A stretch of 64,000 bases of DNA from an uncultured bacterium. GTDB taxonomy: Bacteria; Patescibacteriota; Saccharimonadia; UBA4664. Positions 36,409 through 44,718 of the stretch are shown here, piece after piece. Location: assembly GCA_963720265.1 (NCBI GenBank), contig CAVRET010000002.1, positions 814,069 through 878,068 on the forward strand. Reading direction: 5' to 3'. How positions within the stretch are numbered: the first letter of the stretch is position 1; every line of letters begins with the position of its first letter. Both the position numbers and the translations under genes were made by a program. A model generated the notes under the pieces. The model had not been told where the DNA came from and did no database searches. It was given only the letters and a program-made list of their open reading frames with translations.

Positions 36409-36419
36409 GAGTTCTAGGC

Positions 36420-36680
36420 TTATTTTGTGGACGCTTTATGGATTATTGACGCGGCAAGAGTCTGATAAGGTATTCCCTCTTCTATCGCCTTGGACTTGAG
36501 TCTGTAGAGATCACGCTCGGAGAGACGGATGTTTATATTTTTTGTCTTGTTGAGGGTGTTCCTGGCATAAGATTGCAGGAGCTTCTTACGTTTCTCAAGA
36601 TCTGGCGCGCTCGCGAGTTCACCGTTTTCGAACTCATCAAGAAGTTTTTGCTCTTCGTCTGATAGTTCATAGTAGTTCAT
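36420..36680 (-). CDS. BrnA-type antitoxin
   Basis: 86 aa with C-terminal NINIRLSERDLYRLKSKAIEEGIPYQTLAASIIHKAS, the BrnA/CopG-like pattern. Lies downstream of and overlaps the BrnT-like gene by 4 nt. Confidence 0.6.
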   Translation of the reverse strand: MNYYELSDEEQKLLDEFENGELASAPDLEKRKKLLQSYARNTLNKTKNINIRLSERDLYRLKSKAIEEGIPYQTLAASIIHKASTK

Positions 36681-36958
36681 GATTTATCTCCTTTTAAGTA
36701 TTGCTTGGTGGCTTTTCGTGATGGAATTATAGTTTTTAAGAATATCTTTTCGTTATCTTCGACGTATGGCACTAAGTAAACGTAATTATCTAAATTGACT
36801 ACTAGCTCTCGTTGCCCGGGGTATCTACCTTTATTGGGGTGTTCTAGGTCATCAAGTAACCTGTTGTCATCGATAGCAGCCAACACATCTTCGAACGAGA
36901 CTCCTCGTTCAGTCTTAAGCCGACTATTTTTAAACTCATCCCAGTCGTAGTATTTCAC
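36677..36958 (-). CDS. BrnT (DUF497) family toxin
   Basis: YDWDEFKNSRLKTERGVSFEDVLAAIDD matches the DUF497/BrnT N-terminal signature FEWDxxKxxxNxxKHGVSFEEA. Confidence 0.7.
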   Translation of the reverse strand: MKYYDWDEFKNSRLKTERGVSFEDVLAAIDDNRLLDDLEHPNKGRYPGQRELVVNLDNYVYLVPYVEDNEKIFLKTIIPSRKATKQYLKGDKS

Positions 36959-37046
36959 GATCCTATATTATGACAAAGCATATGGTTTGTAAATGTTCGA
37001 CAGACAAAAAAGAGACCCATGAGGATCTCCTTTTAGCATAAGTTCT

Positions 37047-37343
37047 TTGGTGGAGCTTGTCCGCCGTTACTCGAACCGCTACGACCTGCAGGAACGACTA
37101 TCAGATGCCAGGTCGGAGGCCAATCAACCGGCTGGACGAGAGCACGACGGCGACCAACCCGTCGTCAGCGGTCGAGTTCCAGGCACCTGGCGGGTGAGTG
37201 ACCGGCTGACGGACGCTGACATCCAGGTGCTCATCCGTGAGTTCCTGGCCGGTACGTCCAAGCGGGAACTAGCGGAACGATACGCAATCAGTGTGACCTC
37301 CGCGAAGAACATCCTGAGACAGCATGGCGTGAGACGCGCCTAA
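37047..37343 (+). CDS. small protein with resolvase/Hin-type C-terminal HTH (second motif-associated family)
   Basis: Starts at the TTG GTG inside a motif copy (37035-37053). The C-terminus, LTDADIQVLIREFLAGTSKRELAERYAISVTSAKNILRQHGV, is HTH_7-like. A truncated paralogue lies at 43834-43960. Confidence 0.45.
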   Translation: MVELVRRYSNRYDLQERLSDARSEANQPAGREHDGDQPVVSGRVPGTWRVSDRLTDADIQVLIREFLAGTSKRELAERYAISVTSAKNILRQHGVRRA

Positions 37344-37522
37344 CTCACGCTGGGGCCTTGACCTCGGCGTTTCGTGTCTCGGCCTGGATTCCGGGCCGGG
37401 GCACACCTCACTGGATCTGTGCGGGGCAACGCAACCTGGCCGAGCAAATGCTCCGGCGAGAACTGTCATTGCGGACTCTGAGTGCCTATACTGATGCTAA
37501 TAGATGGATAAAAAGGAACGCG

Positions 37523-38146
37523 ATGGGCATCGACAGTCTACCGAAATGGAAGATTACTACTGCAAGATATGTGGTTGACGACAAGTGGCTAAAAGTGCGC
37601 GCAGATACATGCCTTACTCCAGACGGCAAGACGCTGGACCCTTGGTATGTCATCGAATATCCGGAATGGATAAACTGTGTCGCGGTGGACAACGAATTTA
37701 ACGTGGCTTTGCTACGTCATTACCGGCATGGCGCCGATGAGTATGTGGAAGAGATTGTCGCTGGGACCGTTGAAAAAGATGATACCCCGATGGCCTCTAT
37801 AAGGAGGGAATTAGTTGAAGAAATAGGCTACCAGGGCGGTAATGTCTACCAAACCGGTGTTTCTTTTGCTAATCCGTCAAGCCAGAACAATAGGGTGTAC
37901 TCTTTTCTTGCCGCAGGCGGCACTTTTTCGAAATCGACATACAAAGAGACTGGTGCTGATTTCGTGATTGAAAAGCCTAAGTTTACAGATTTTGTCCAAG
38001 CCGTCACGCGCCTGGATTCAAGCGTCACATATCAGAGTCTGCATCTTACGGCCATATTCTTTGCGCTCAACTACATTAGGTATTCGAATGACCCAGGCCT
38101 TTTGGCGTTACGTAATGAGCTTTTGGCGATAAGCACTGAGCCTTAA
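37523..38146 (+). CDS. NUDIX hydrolase
   Basis: Nudix box GTVEKDDTPMASIRRELVEEIGY. ATG at 37523 with an AAAAGGAA RBS. The longer 37358 start adds an Arg/Trp-rich, non-homologous extension. Confidence 0.7.
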   Translation: MGIDSLPKWKITTARYVVDDKWLKVRADTCLTPDGKTLDPWYVIEYPEWINCVAVDNEFNVALLRHYRHGADEYVEEIVAGTVEKDDTPMASIRRELVEEIGYQGGNVYQTGVSFANPSSQNNRVYSFLAAGGTFSKSTYKETGADFVIEKPKFTDFVQAVTRLDSSVTYQSLHLTAIFFALNYIRYSNDPGLLALRNELLAISTEP

Positions 38147-38288
38147 CCTACTGTAAAAGTCTAGGTACCAAACGGGATTCGAACCGAGCGAATCCCGTGG
38201 CAGAGCCAAAAACTGATGATAAGCTGTCGGATAAAGCGTGGGTTCTTTCGGCCTAATTTTTGGCTTAGAGACGGTTGAACATTCAAAT

Positions 38289-38629
38289 TTGGTGGGCAAT
38301 GAGGGTTGGTATCAGAAGTTTTTGTGTGCCTCGAATGTTAGAGAATTGTACGATGCTCTGCAGGGCTTTAAGCCCCGGGCCACAAGCGAGGCACGGCGGG
38401 TGCCAGCATTGCAGCTCTCTCCCGCCCGGCGTGCACTTGATACCGACAAACTCGTCCGTGATTACAATGACGGTTGGTCACTGCGGCAGCTGGCCCGACA
38501 GAATGGGATCTGCCGAGATACGTGACGCTACAGCTCCGAAAGGCCGGGGTTAAGATTCGACCGCGAGGTAGCAATGTGAGCATAAAACAAGCAAAGAGCC
38601 GCCAGGTGGCAACTCAATGCTCCACCTAA
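38289..38629 (+). pseudogene. repeated small HTH gene, copy D, with a +1 frameshift
   Basis: Colinear with copy B, but GATACGTGACG replaces GACAGTGACG (a 1-nt insertion). This causes a premature TGA at 38525, while the HTH region continues in another frame to 38629. The 5' motif is partly deleted. Confidence 0.55.
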
Positions 38630-38633
38630 CGGC

Positions 38634-39260
38634 TCATGACGTAGGAGTGGGGTTCGAATACCGGATTGTGCGCATATGCCGTAGCACTTTGCGCATGTTG
38701 AGAGCGGGCTTAGCATCTGGATCAACCAGCAGTTCGAATGGGCGGACGGACAAGACGATAATCCGGCCATCTCGAAGCGCGTAGCGATTGCGCCGAAGGC
38801 GATCGATTGCGGCTTGCAGGTTCCAAGCTGAATGCAGAGCGATGCAGCCGTAGAGATTGTAGAAAACTACAGCTGGAATCAGGAACAGCAGACCGCTGGC
38901 AAATCTCAATTCCCATCGATGCTTCTGGACGAAGCTCGCATCTGACTTGCTGGTTGCCATAATGTCACGGTCCCGGTGGGCGGCCATAAAAGCGACGTTC
39001 ATGCTCACCAGAATGCACGCCAGCCATAGCCGGTTGGAGGTGATTAGCATGGGGACGCCCCGCACGCCTGCCTCCTCCATCGCAGGAAAGAGCATGGAGT
39101 AGCCAAGCAGGTGAATCGTTCGCCGGCGATTGTGGCGAATGAGCCATTCAGCTCCATGGCGCTCAAATCCGCGAGCCGTGACAAGCGTCTCGTAGGTCAG
39201 GCAGTACGTGAACCCCACGAAGCCAATCACAATCGCGACATAGATCTGGTGAAGGATCAC
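38634..39260 (-). CDS. CPBP (CAAX protease / Abi) family intramembrane metalloprotease
   Basis: Motifs EEAGVR (EExxxR), FMAAH (FxxxH) and HSAWN (HxxxN), in order, within a polytopic membrane protein. Confidence 0.65.
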   Translation of the reverse strand: MILHQIYVAIVIGFVGFTYCLTYETLVTARGFERHGAEWLIRHNRRRTIHLLGYSMLFPAMEEAGVRGVPMLITSNRLWLACILVSMNVAFMAAHRDRDIMATSKSDASFVQKHRWELRFASGLLFLIPAVVFYNLYGCIALHSAWNLQAAIDRLRRNRYALRDGRIIVLSVRPFELLVDPDAKPALNMRKVLRHMRTIRYSNPTPTS

Positions 39261-39409
39261 GGTGACCTCTTCCGGTATAGGAACTTCCTTACGGTTTGAG
39301 TATATTATAACATCGATTTTATAGAAACGTCAATTTCTATTCTTCATATCTGTACTCGAAAGGACCTTTTCGTCAAAAAGGAGAAAATACTAATTTAAAC
39401 ATAAGGGCC

Positions 39410-39731
39410 TTGGTGGGCAATGAGGCGCGGCATCAGAACTTTTGGATACCGAGACGGTCGCTGAATTATACCATGCACTGCAGAAATTTAAGCACCGGCC
39501 AATAGTGAGACGCGACGGATACCGGCTTTGCGGCTCTCCCCTGCCCGACGTGCATTAGATATTGGCAAACTCGCCGACGACTATAAAGCCGGCTGGTCTT
39601 TGCGACAGTTGGCCGATAAGAACGGTATCCACATGGAGACAGTGACACTACAACTGCGCAAAGTCGGTGTTGAGATTCGACCGCACGGATGTAGCGTACG
39701 GATTAACTCAATTAACTTAGCTCGCCGTTAA
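39410..39731 (+). pseudogene. repeated small HTH gene, copy E, with two 1-nt deletions
   Basis: The motif is intact (ACATAAGGGCCTTGGTGGG). The N-terminal third is disrupted by two single-base deletions relative to copy B. The C-terminal HTH, GWSLRQLADKNGIHMETVTLQLRKVGVEIRPHG, is still readable in ORF 39528-39731. Confidence 0.5.
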
Positions 39732-40343
39732 GAGCCCTATATTGCTCCCGACAAATTGCATCAACGGTTGTCCGATCGCATGTTGCCAAAATTGGGCCTG
39801 CTCTGCGGCGGTCATATCGGCGATACACTTACCGCTCGCCGGATCGATCTGAATTGACTCTATGGGATAGCCTTCAACAATATGCTGACTTCGGATGGCA
39901 GTGAATTGGCGCGGCGAGCGAATAGTTGCTTCCGCTATCCCTCCCTCAGGAGCTGCAATCGTAACGGCAAATTCCCAATGGCCCTTCATAGAACCGCCAT
40001 GACTTTCGACTAATTTGGCATAATAATTAAGCATTTCCCGGTCGCTCGGACGACCGGTACTACCGGGAATTCGACGCACATGCAGACCAGGCTGTTCGTC
40101 GTCTGGCAGACCATCCAGGTAGAGAGCATTGTCCATAGAGAAAACCGGCCTACCAGCTGCCCGGGCGTAGGCTCGGGCCTTGGCGCGAGCGTTCTCTGCG
40201 GCGGTCACTCCGTCTTCCGGTACTTCTAGGTTAATACCTAATTCGTTAATCCCACGCACAAGTACACCTAATGGTTCGAGTGTACCCTGCACTTGGTCGA
40301 TCTTGGCTTTGTTCTCAGTTCCAAATAGTAGCTCAACCGCCAT
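39717..40343 (-). CDS. Ham1/ITPase (non-canonical purine NTP pyrophosphatase)-like protein
   Basis: N-terminal LLFGTENKAKIDQVQ and a central SMDNALYLDGLPDDEQPGLHVRRIPG resemble RdgB/Ham1-family motifs. Assigned by pattern only. Confidence 0.45.
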   Translation of the reverse strand: MAVELLFGTENKAKIDQVQGTLEPLGVLVRGINELGINLEVPEDGVTAAENARAKARAYARAAGRPVFSMDNALYLDGLPDDEQPGLHVRRIPGSTGRPSDREMLNYYAKLVESHGGSMKGHWEFAVTIAAPEGGIAEATIRSPRQFTAIRSQHIVEGYPIESIQIDPASGKCIADMTAAEQAQFWQHAIGQPLMQFVGSNIGLLTAS

Positions 40344-40383
40344 GGGGCCTCCTTATTCCGCCGGACTAGCATATCCTATCAGC

Positions 40384-41118
40384 CTACACCTCAGGCTGAA
40401 ACTTGTTGCGACTCCAGTTCCACAAAACCGGATGGACTTGAGAAGGATTGATACCACTTCCCGTTAAAAGCTTCTCCCAGGCAGCTTCAACTACCAATGG
40501 GCTTGCTCCGGTAGGCACCAGCCCGAGTTGGACGCTGGACTGTATGACGTGAGTATCGGGAATAATTGAGATTTCTTGCGGATTGGTGAACTCGACATCC
40601 GTGTAACGTGATAGGATGAACGGCCAATAGTTTGATAATTTAGGGCCCGACAAATAGGGAAATCGCTTGCGATGAGTAACCTGTAGCAATTGGATCAGCT
40701 GGCCAGCATCATGGTGCGCTTCAGCAATAATGCGTCGGGGATCGTCTTCATAGAAATCATGCAGTGTCTGGGCAATAGTGGTCCAGATCAACGTGTGCTT
40801 GTTGGGCTGGAGGGCTAAGCGATATTTACCGAGGTCATCTCGGACTTGCTTAAGAGGTGCGTCCCCGAGTTTTTCAGGAAAGAAAACGTAGCGGGTGGTC
40901 TCGTCCTCGTAGGTTTTGAGCGCTGACGCCCACATGGCCGGAGAATTTCGTTGAAAGTTGATGCAGACAGGAAGCGTGAAGTAAAGATAGTTTTCGCGAC
41001 TGTTCAAATGTACGTTTGGATGGACTTCGTGCTGAGCAAGTGTTGGGATTAAGTGCTGGTCGTAGGAGGCCATTAGGCGCTTCACTCGACCTAATAGAAT
41101 GACTTGATCTTCTTCCAC
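40384..41118 (-). CDS. HhH-GPD superfamily DNA-glycosylase-like protein
   Basis: Helix-hairpin-helix FPYLSGPKLSNYWPFIL, followed by IPDTHVIQSSVQLGLV (cf. endonuclease III VDTHVFRVSNRLGL). Confidence 0.45.
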   Translation of the reverse strand: MEEDQVILLGRVKRLMASYDQHLIPTLAQHEVHPNVHLNSRENYLYFTLPVCINFQRNSPAMWASALKTYEDETTRYVFFPEKLGDAPLKQVRDDLGKYRLALQPNKHTLIWTTIAQTLHDFYEDDPRRIIAEAHHDAGQLIQLLQVTHRKRFPYLSGPKLSNYWPFILSRYTDVEFTNPQEISIIPDTHVIQSSVQLGLVPTGASPLVVEAAWEKLLTGSGINPSQVHPVLWNWSRNKFQPEV

Positions 41119-41160
41119 CGATTCATCATACCAAAAGGTGTAATCTTGGACCTGGTCGCG

Positions 41161-41523
41161 CTATTTAGTCAAAGGATTATGAAGCCGGAGCCCTTCAATT
41201 TTCTCGAAGTCTTCTGTATTGGCAGTCCAAAGCTCACAGTCCTGCTCTAGAGCTGTTGCCGCGATAATGGCATCCCCCAGACTCATTTTGCCTTGTTGCC
41301 GTAATTTAATAGCGCGTTGAATAGTGGCTTCATCAAGCTCAAGCTGCTCGCATTCGACAAAGAGTGCTTCAAGGTAGCTTTGCTCGGCCACGGTGATCTG
41401 CGCATAGCCCAAAGCTTCGATCTTGGTAATACTTCCGTAGGCAATGTCGGTGTCACCTAAGACGTCTGGGGCGATCCTGCCGTTGGCAAGGTAAATAAAA
41501 GTATTGGTGTCGAGTAGAATCAT
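41161..41523 (-). CDS. VapC (PIN domain) toxin
   Basis: MILLDTNTFIY...D at position 5, and the conserved acidic residues of the PIN fold. 120 aa. Confidence 0.8.
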   Translation of the reverse strand: MILLDTNTFIYLANGRIAPDVLGDTDIAYGSITKIEALGYAQITVAEQSYLEALFVECEQLELDEATIQRAIKLRQQGKMSLGDAIIAATALEQDCELWTANTEDFEKIEGLRLHNPLTK

Positions 41524-41526
41524 GGC

Positions 41527-41790
41527 TTACGGCCGGCCCGGCAGCGAGCGGTCTTGGCGTATATCCTTTTGCCAGCTCACCGGATTGGCAATAGTGTCAT
41601 AAGCGTTCAGTGTTTGCAGCTTTGCAATGAGACGTTTAATCTTCGCGTGATCTTGTTCTTTTTGCTTAACCGGTAAGCTTAGACTAACTTTATCGCCGGG
41701 AGTTAATTTGGCGGCGTCAGCATATTGCTTGGGCACACGGAGCGCGACGGAGTTCCCGGTTTTGATGACGGTAGCAGTGTATATATTCAT
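41527..41790 (-). CDS. AbrB/MazE/SpoVT-family antitoxin (VapB)
   Basis: MNIYTATVIKTGNSVALRVPKQYADAAKLTPGDKVSLSL is a swapped-hairpin beta-barrel motif. Stop lies 4 nt before the vapC start. ATG at 41790. Confidence 0.7.
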   Translation of the reverse strand: MNIYTATVIKTGNSVALRVPKQYADAAKLTPGDKVSLSLPVKQKEQDHAKIKRLIAKLQTLNAYDTIANPVSWQKDIRQDRSLPGRP

Positions 41791-41872
41791 GTATCTATTA
41801 TTGTATATATAATTTTGCGAGTCAACAATTACAACAAAAACGGCAACGAGGCCGTTTTTAAGCATAAGTTCT

Positions 41873-42190
41873 TTGGTGGGCAATGAGGCACGGTATCAGA
41901 ACATCTTGGGTGCCTCGAATGTTACCGAATTATACAATGCCTTGCAGGATTTCAAACTTCGGCCCAAGGGAGAGACGCGTAGGATTCCGGCGTTACAGCT
42001 GTCCCCTGCTCGACGTGCTCTGGATGTCAGCAAGCTGGCTAACGACTACCGGGATGGCTGGTCGCTACGGCAGCTGTCCCAAAAGAACGGTATTTGTAGA
42101 GATACTGTAAGATTGCAATTGCGCAAGGTCGGGGTACGTATTCGAGCTCGAGGCAGCAATGTCCGGATTAAGCAAGTGCCAATAAGGTAG
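41873..42190 (+). CDS. repeated small HTH protein, intact copy F (105 aa)
   Basis: About 75% identical to copy B. Preceded by the motif TAAGCATAAGTTCTTTGGTGGG and the hairpin AAAAACGGC(aacgag)GCCGTTTTT at 41836-41859. Confidence 0.5.
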   Translation: MVGNEARYQNILGASNVTELYNALQDFKLRPKGETRRIPALQLSPARRALDVSKLANDYRDGWSLRQLSQKNGICRDTVRLQLRKVGVRIRARGSNVRIKQVPIR

Positions 42191-42433
42191 CTCGGACAAA
42201 GACGAGGAGCGGGGGCTTTACTACAGCTGCGACTCGGCAAGTGCGACTATGCGATTAGCAATGTTTTCAACTGATTGATTGCCATCTATTGCCTTATCGA
42301 CTAGTCCGCTACGCCTTAATCGTTCGAACGTGTCAAGCTGCCGTTGGAGCCATGGCGTAGCGTCTTGGTAATTCTCGATTCGCATGCGCTGCTCATTGCG
42401 TTGGGCGAGCTGTTCGATAGTAAGTTGTGAACC

Positions 42434-42960
42434 ACCTCGGGCTAAAGCCCGAGGCTTCCTTGGGGCGGCATGCTGGGTTTAGCTTTCCATTGATTTTCGA
42501 TATACCGTTTAATCGCCTGCTCCGTGTTACGACCAACACTCTCGGCGAAGTAGCCATCCGCCCAGAAGCTATCTCCCCATAACCATTCTTCCAGTTCAGG
42601 ATGCGTCTGGCGGATAGCCCGACTTGATCCGCCCTTGAAGATTTGTACTACCTGTGACACCGAGATGCTGGGAGGTAGTTCAATAAGCATATGAATGTGG
42701 TCGGGCATCACTGCCAGCCGCTCAATCCACCAGTCGTTCATCTCTGCGCACTGAAAGAATAATCGCTTCAGGTCAGTGGCGACTTCGCCCCGCAGGATGC
42801 TTTTGCGGTACTTGGGTATCCAGACGATATGAAATTGCAGGCGATATAGCGTATGCGCACCGGAATAATATTTTTTACCTGACTTCACATACCCAGCATG
42901 CCAGACTGTCGGCGCCAGCGCCAAGGTTGGACGTCACCCGGTTTTGCCTTGGCGCTACCG
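42434..42960. mobile_element. IS200/IS605-family element (tnpA only) bounded by subterminal hairpins
   Basis: Hairpin CCTCGGGCT(aaa)GCCCGAGG at 42434-42453 and the GCGCCAAGG...CCTTGGCGC palindrome at about 42915-42960 flank a single Y1 transposase gene. Confidence 0.65.
42442..42924 (-). CDS. IS200/IS605 family Y1 (HUH) transposase TnpA
   Basis: HUH motif PDHIHMLIE and catalytic Tyr context KRYIENQ. YRLQFHIVWIPKYRKSIL is the typical N-terminus. Confidence 0.8.
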   Translation of the reverse strand: MALAPTVWHAGYVKSGKKYYSGAHTLYRLQFHIVWIPKYRKSILRGEVATDLKRLFFQCAEMNDWWIERLAVMPDHIHMLIELPPSISVSQVVQIFKGGSSRAIRQTHPELEEWLWGDSFWADGYFAESVGRNTEQAIKRYIENQWKAKPSMPPQGSLGL

Positions 42961-42976
42961 CCTTAAGCGGACCCAT

Positions 42977-43300
42977 TCATCCCTGGCCTAAAGGCCCAGG
43001 GGTCTCTGGGAGGGTTACGAGAAGGATTATCCTGAAACCGTTACTCCGAGCAGATTTAATTAGCTCTTCAGGAATGTAACTTGCAAAATAGACTACGGCA
43101 GGCCGGGAAATGATTTCTTTGGTGGTTTGCGGCACCAGTATTTCGTTCTTTAGCTTGTCGTCGGGCCATTCTCCCATATTGGCCTTCATGACCTCTTCAT
43201 CGGTTTCAGCGATATTGAGGTCTGTATGTTCGCGGAGGTAACGCAGAAGCGTCGATTTACCACCGGCGGAGGGCGCGAGAATGAGTAACTTGTATGCCAT
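42977..43300 (-). pseudogene. P-loop nucleoside/nucleotide kinase, N-terminal fragment split by the IS200 insertion
   Basis: Walker A LILAPSAGGKSTLL. The ORF ends abruptly (PETPGPLGQG) at the IS edge. A matching ~70-codon C-terminal remnant is readable on the minus strand at about 42228-42430, on the other side of the IS. Confidence 0.45.
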
Positions 43301-43323
43301 GCGTTAAGTGTAGCAAAGGGGAG

Positions 43324-43560
43324 TTATAGAAATTTTAAGAATTCGTCGATCGTTAGTTGCGCTTCCAATTCAATAATCTTTCTAAGCAATGGCTTTTTGA
43401 TGTCTTTGCCCCGGTGCATCGGCACGACCACCCGCTTGCCGGACTGTTCACTGAATAATATCAGGTGGCTGCCTTTTTGCCTGAGCTCAACAAATCCACA
43501 TTTTTTCAGAGCCTTCACGACCTTCTCAGGCGACAGGCTTGGTAATGGGCTTTCCGGCAT
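43324..43560 (-). CDS. HicA family toxin (intact)
   Basis: LPSLSPEKVVKALKKCGFVELRQKGSHLILFSEQSGKRVVVPMHRGKDIKKPLLRKII is full length with a conserved His. Confidence 0.85.
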   Translation of the reverse strand: MPESPLPSLSPEKVVKALKKCGFVELRQKGSHLILFSEQSGKRVVVPMHRGKDIKKPLLRKIIELEAQLTIDEFLKFL

Positions 43561-43784
43561 TAAATTGCAACCTGAACACGACCTTGCCAGATATGATCTT
43601 GTGGCAAATCCTTGTGCTCACTCTTCAGTGACTCAAGGTAGAGTTCGATGGCTTCGGTAATATTGACTTCTGCCTCCTCAAGTGTCTCGCCTTGACTGTA
43701 ACAGCCCGGCAAGGATGGAACAGAAGCGACAAATCCGCCTTCCGGGTCGGCTTCGTATATGACTGTATAAACCTGGGTATTCAT
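43560..43784 (-). CDS. HicB family antitoxin
   Basis: 74 aa, paralogue of 34133-34357. 1-nt overlap with the hicA start. Confidence 0.85.
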   Translation of the reverse strand: MNTQVYTVIYEADPEGGFVASVPSLPGCYSQGETLEEAEVNITEAIELYLESLKSEHKDLPQDHIWQGRVQVAI

Positions 43785-44055
43785 AGATCGATTTTACCAT
43801 AATGTGCAGCTTAGGGCCTTCATATAGCTATTAAGCATAAGTGCTTTGGTGGAGCTCGTCTGCCGTTACTGCAACCGTTACGACCTGCAGGAGCGGCTAA
43901 CGAAAGCCCGATTCAGAACGGCCAACGGCGAGAAGCGGGGCAGGTTAGTTAGGCCTTCAGTGTGAGCTCTAGGGTATCTTCCCCAGTCCGAAAATATGGC
44001 CGGGAAAATAAGCTGTCAGTACTTTAGTTCGAGCACTTACTGTAATCTTTGATTA

Positions 44056-44718
44056 ATGGCATCTTTTTTTGAGCTAATACGAGATGTGAGGCGCGGACGG
44101 CTTGTTGGCTGGACGCTCATAGCAATCGGGATATCGGGACTCTTCGGTACGAGGCTATACGCTCCCGCAACCCATGTACGAGCGCATATCGTTGAAAGCC
44201 AGGTTGTGACAAAGTCAGCGCCGAAACCAACTGTAAAGGAGGTGGCGGCTTATGCAGTGCCTCCATCTGATCCTAAGTTTATAGCGATCCCAGCGATCGA
44301 TTTAGGCAATACGCCGATACTGGCCTTTGGATTATCAGCAACCGGTACGATCGCGACCCCGAATTCGATTTATGAAACTGGTTGGTTTGACGGGAGTAGT
44401 AAACCCGGACAGGCCGGAGTGATGTTTATTTATGGACACATAGCGAGCTTTACGCCGTATAGCGTGTTTGCAAAGTTGCATATGCTCAGGCCGGGCGACG
44501 AGGTGATTATAACCAGGGGGGATAATACGATATTTCGCTACCAGGTTACAGGGTCTGAAACATACCCGTACAATGCGGTCGATATGAGCAGGGTGTTAAC
44601 TCCCGCAAGTGCGGGCATTCCAGCCTTAAACCTTATGACGTGTGCAGGGCAAATTATTACGGTTGGCGGGGTTAAAGAATACAGCCAGCGGCTAGTTATA
44701 TTTACGCAGCAGATTTAG
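44056..44718 (+). CDS. sortase (class E/F-like)
   Basis: N-terminal TM anchor. Catalytic His (MFIYGHIASF) and the Cys motif LNLMTCAG (TLxTC). Confidence 0.75.
   Translation: MASFFELIRDVRRGRLVGWTLIAIGISGLFGTRLYAPATHVRAHIVESQVVTKSAPKPTVKEVAAYAVPPSDPKFIAIPAIDLGNTPILAFGLSATGTIATPNSIYETGWFDGSSKPGQAGVMFIYGHIASFTPYSVFAKLHMLRPGDEVIITRGDNTIFRYQVTGSETYPYNAVDMSRVLTPASAGIPALNLMTCAGQIITVGGVKEYSQRLVIFTQQI

Noticed and set aside
38171-38197. tRNA-like GGGATTCGAACC / GGTTCGAATCCC element
   Set aside because: The sequence is a perfect 10-bp palindromic hairpin (ACGGGATTCG-aaccgag-CGAATCCCGT), not a T-arm within a cloverleaf. No acceptor or anticodon arms are discernible. It is most likely a terminator-like stem-loop between the NUDIX gene and copy D.
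39262-39280. FRT-like sequence GGAAGTTCCTATACCGG (matches 13 bp of a yeast Flp FRT arm)
   Set aside because: Only a single half-site with no inverted partner or spacer. It lies at the start codon region of the CPBP gene. Considered coincidental.
33300-44000. Classical integron (attC-bounded cassettes)
   Set aside because: No intI gene or Pc/attI region is visible in the window. I could not recognise the R''/L''/L'/R' (RYYYAAC...GTTRRRY) organisation at unit boundaries. The recurring site is instead a 20-nt direct motif at the 5' end of a small gene. It is kept only as an analogy, and an attC-finder should be run to confirm.
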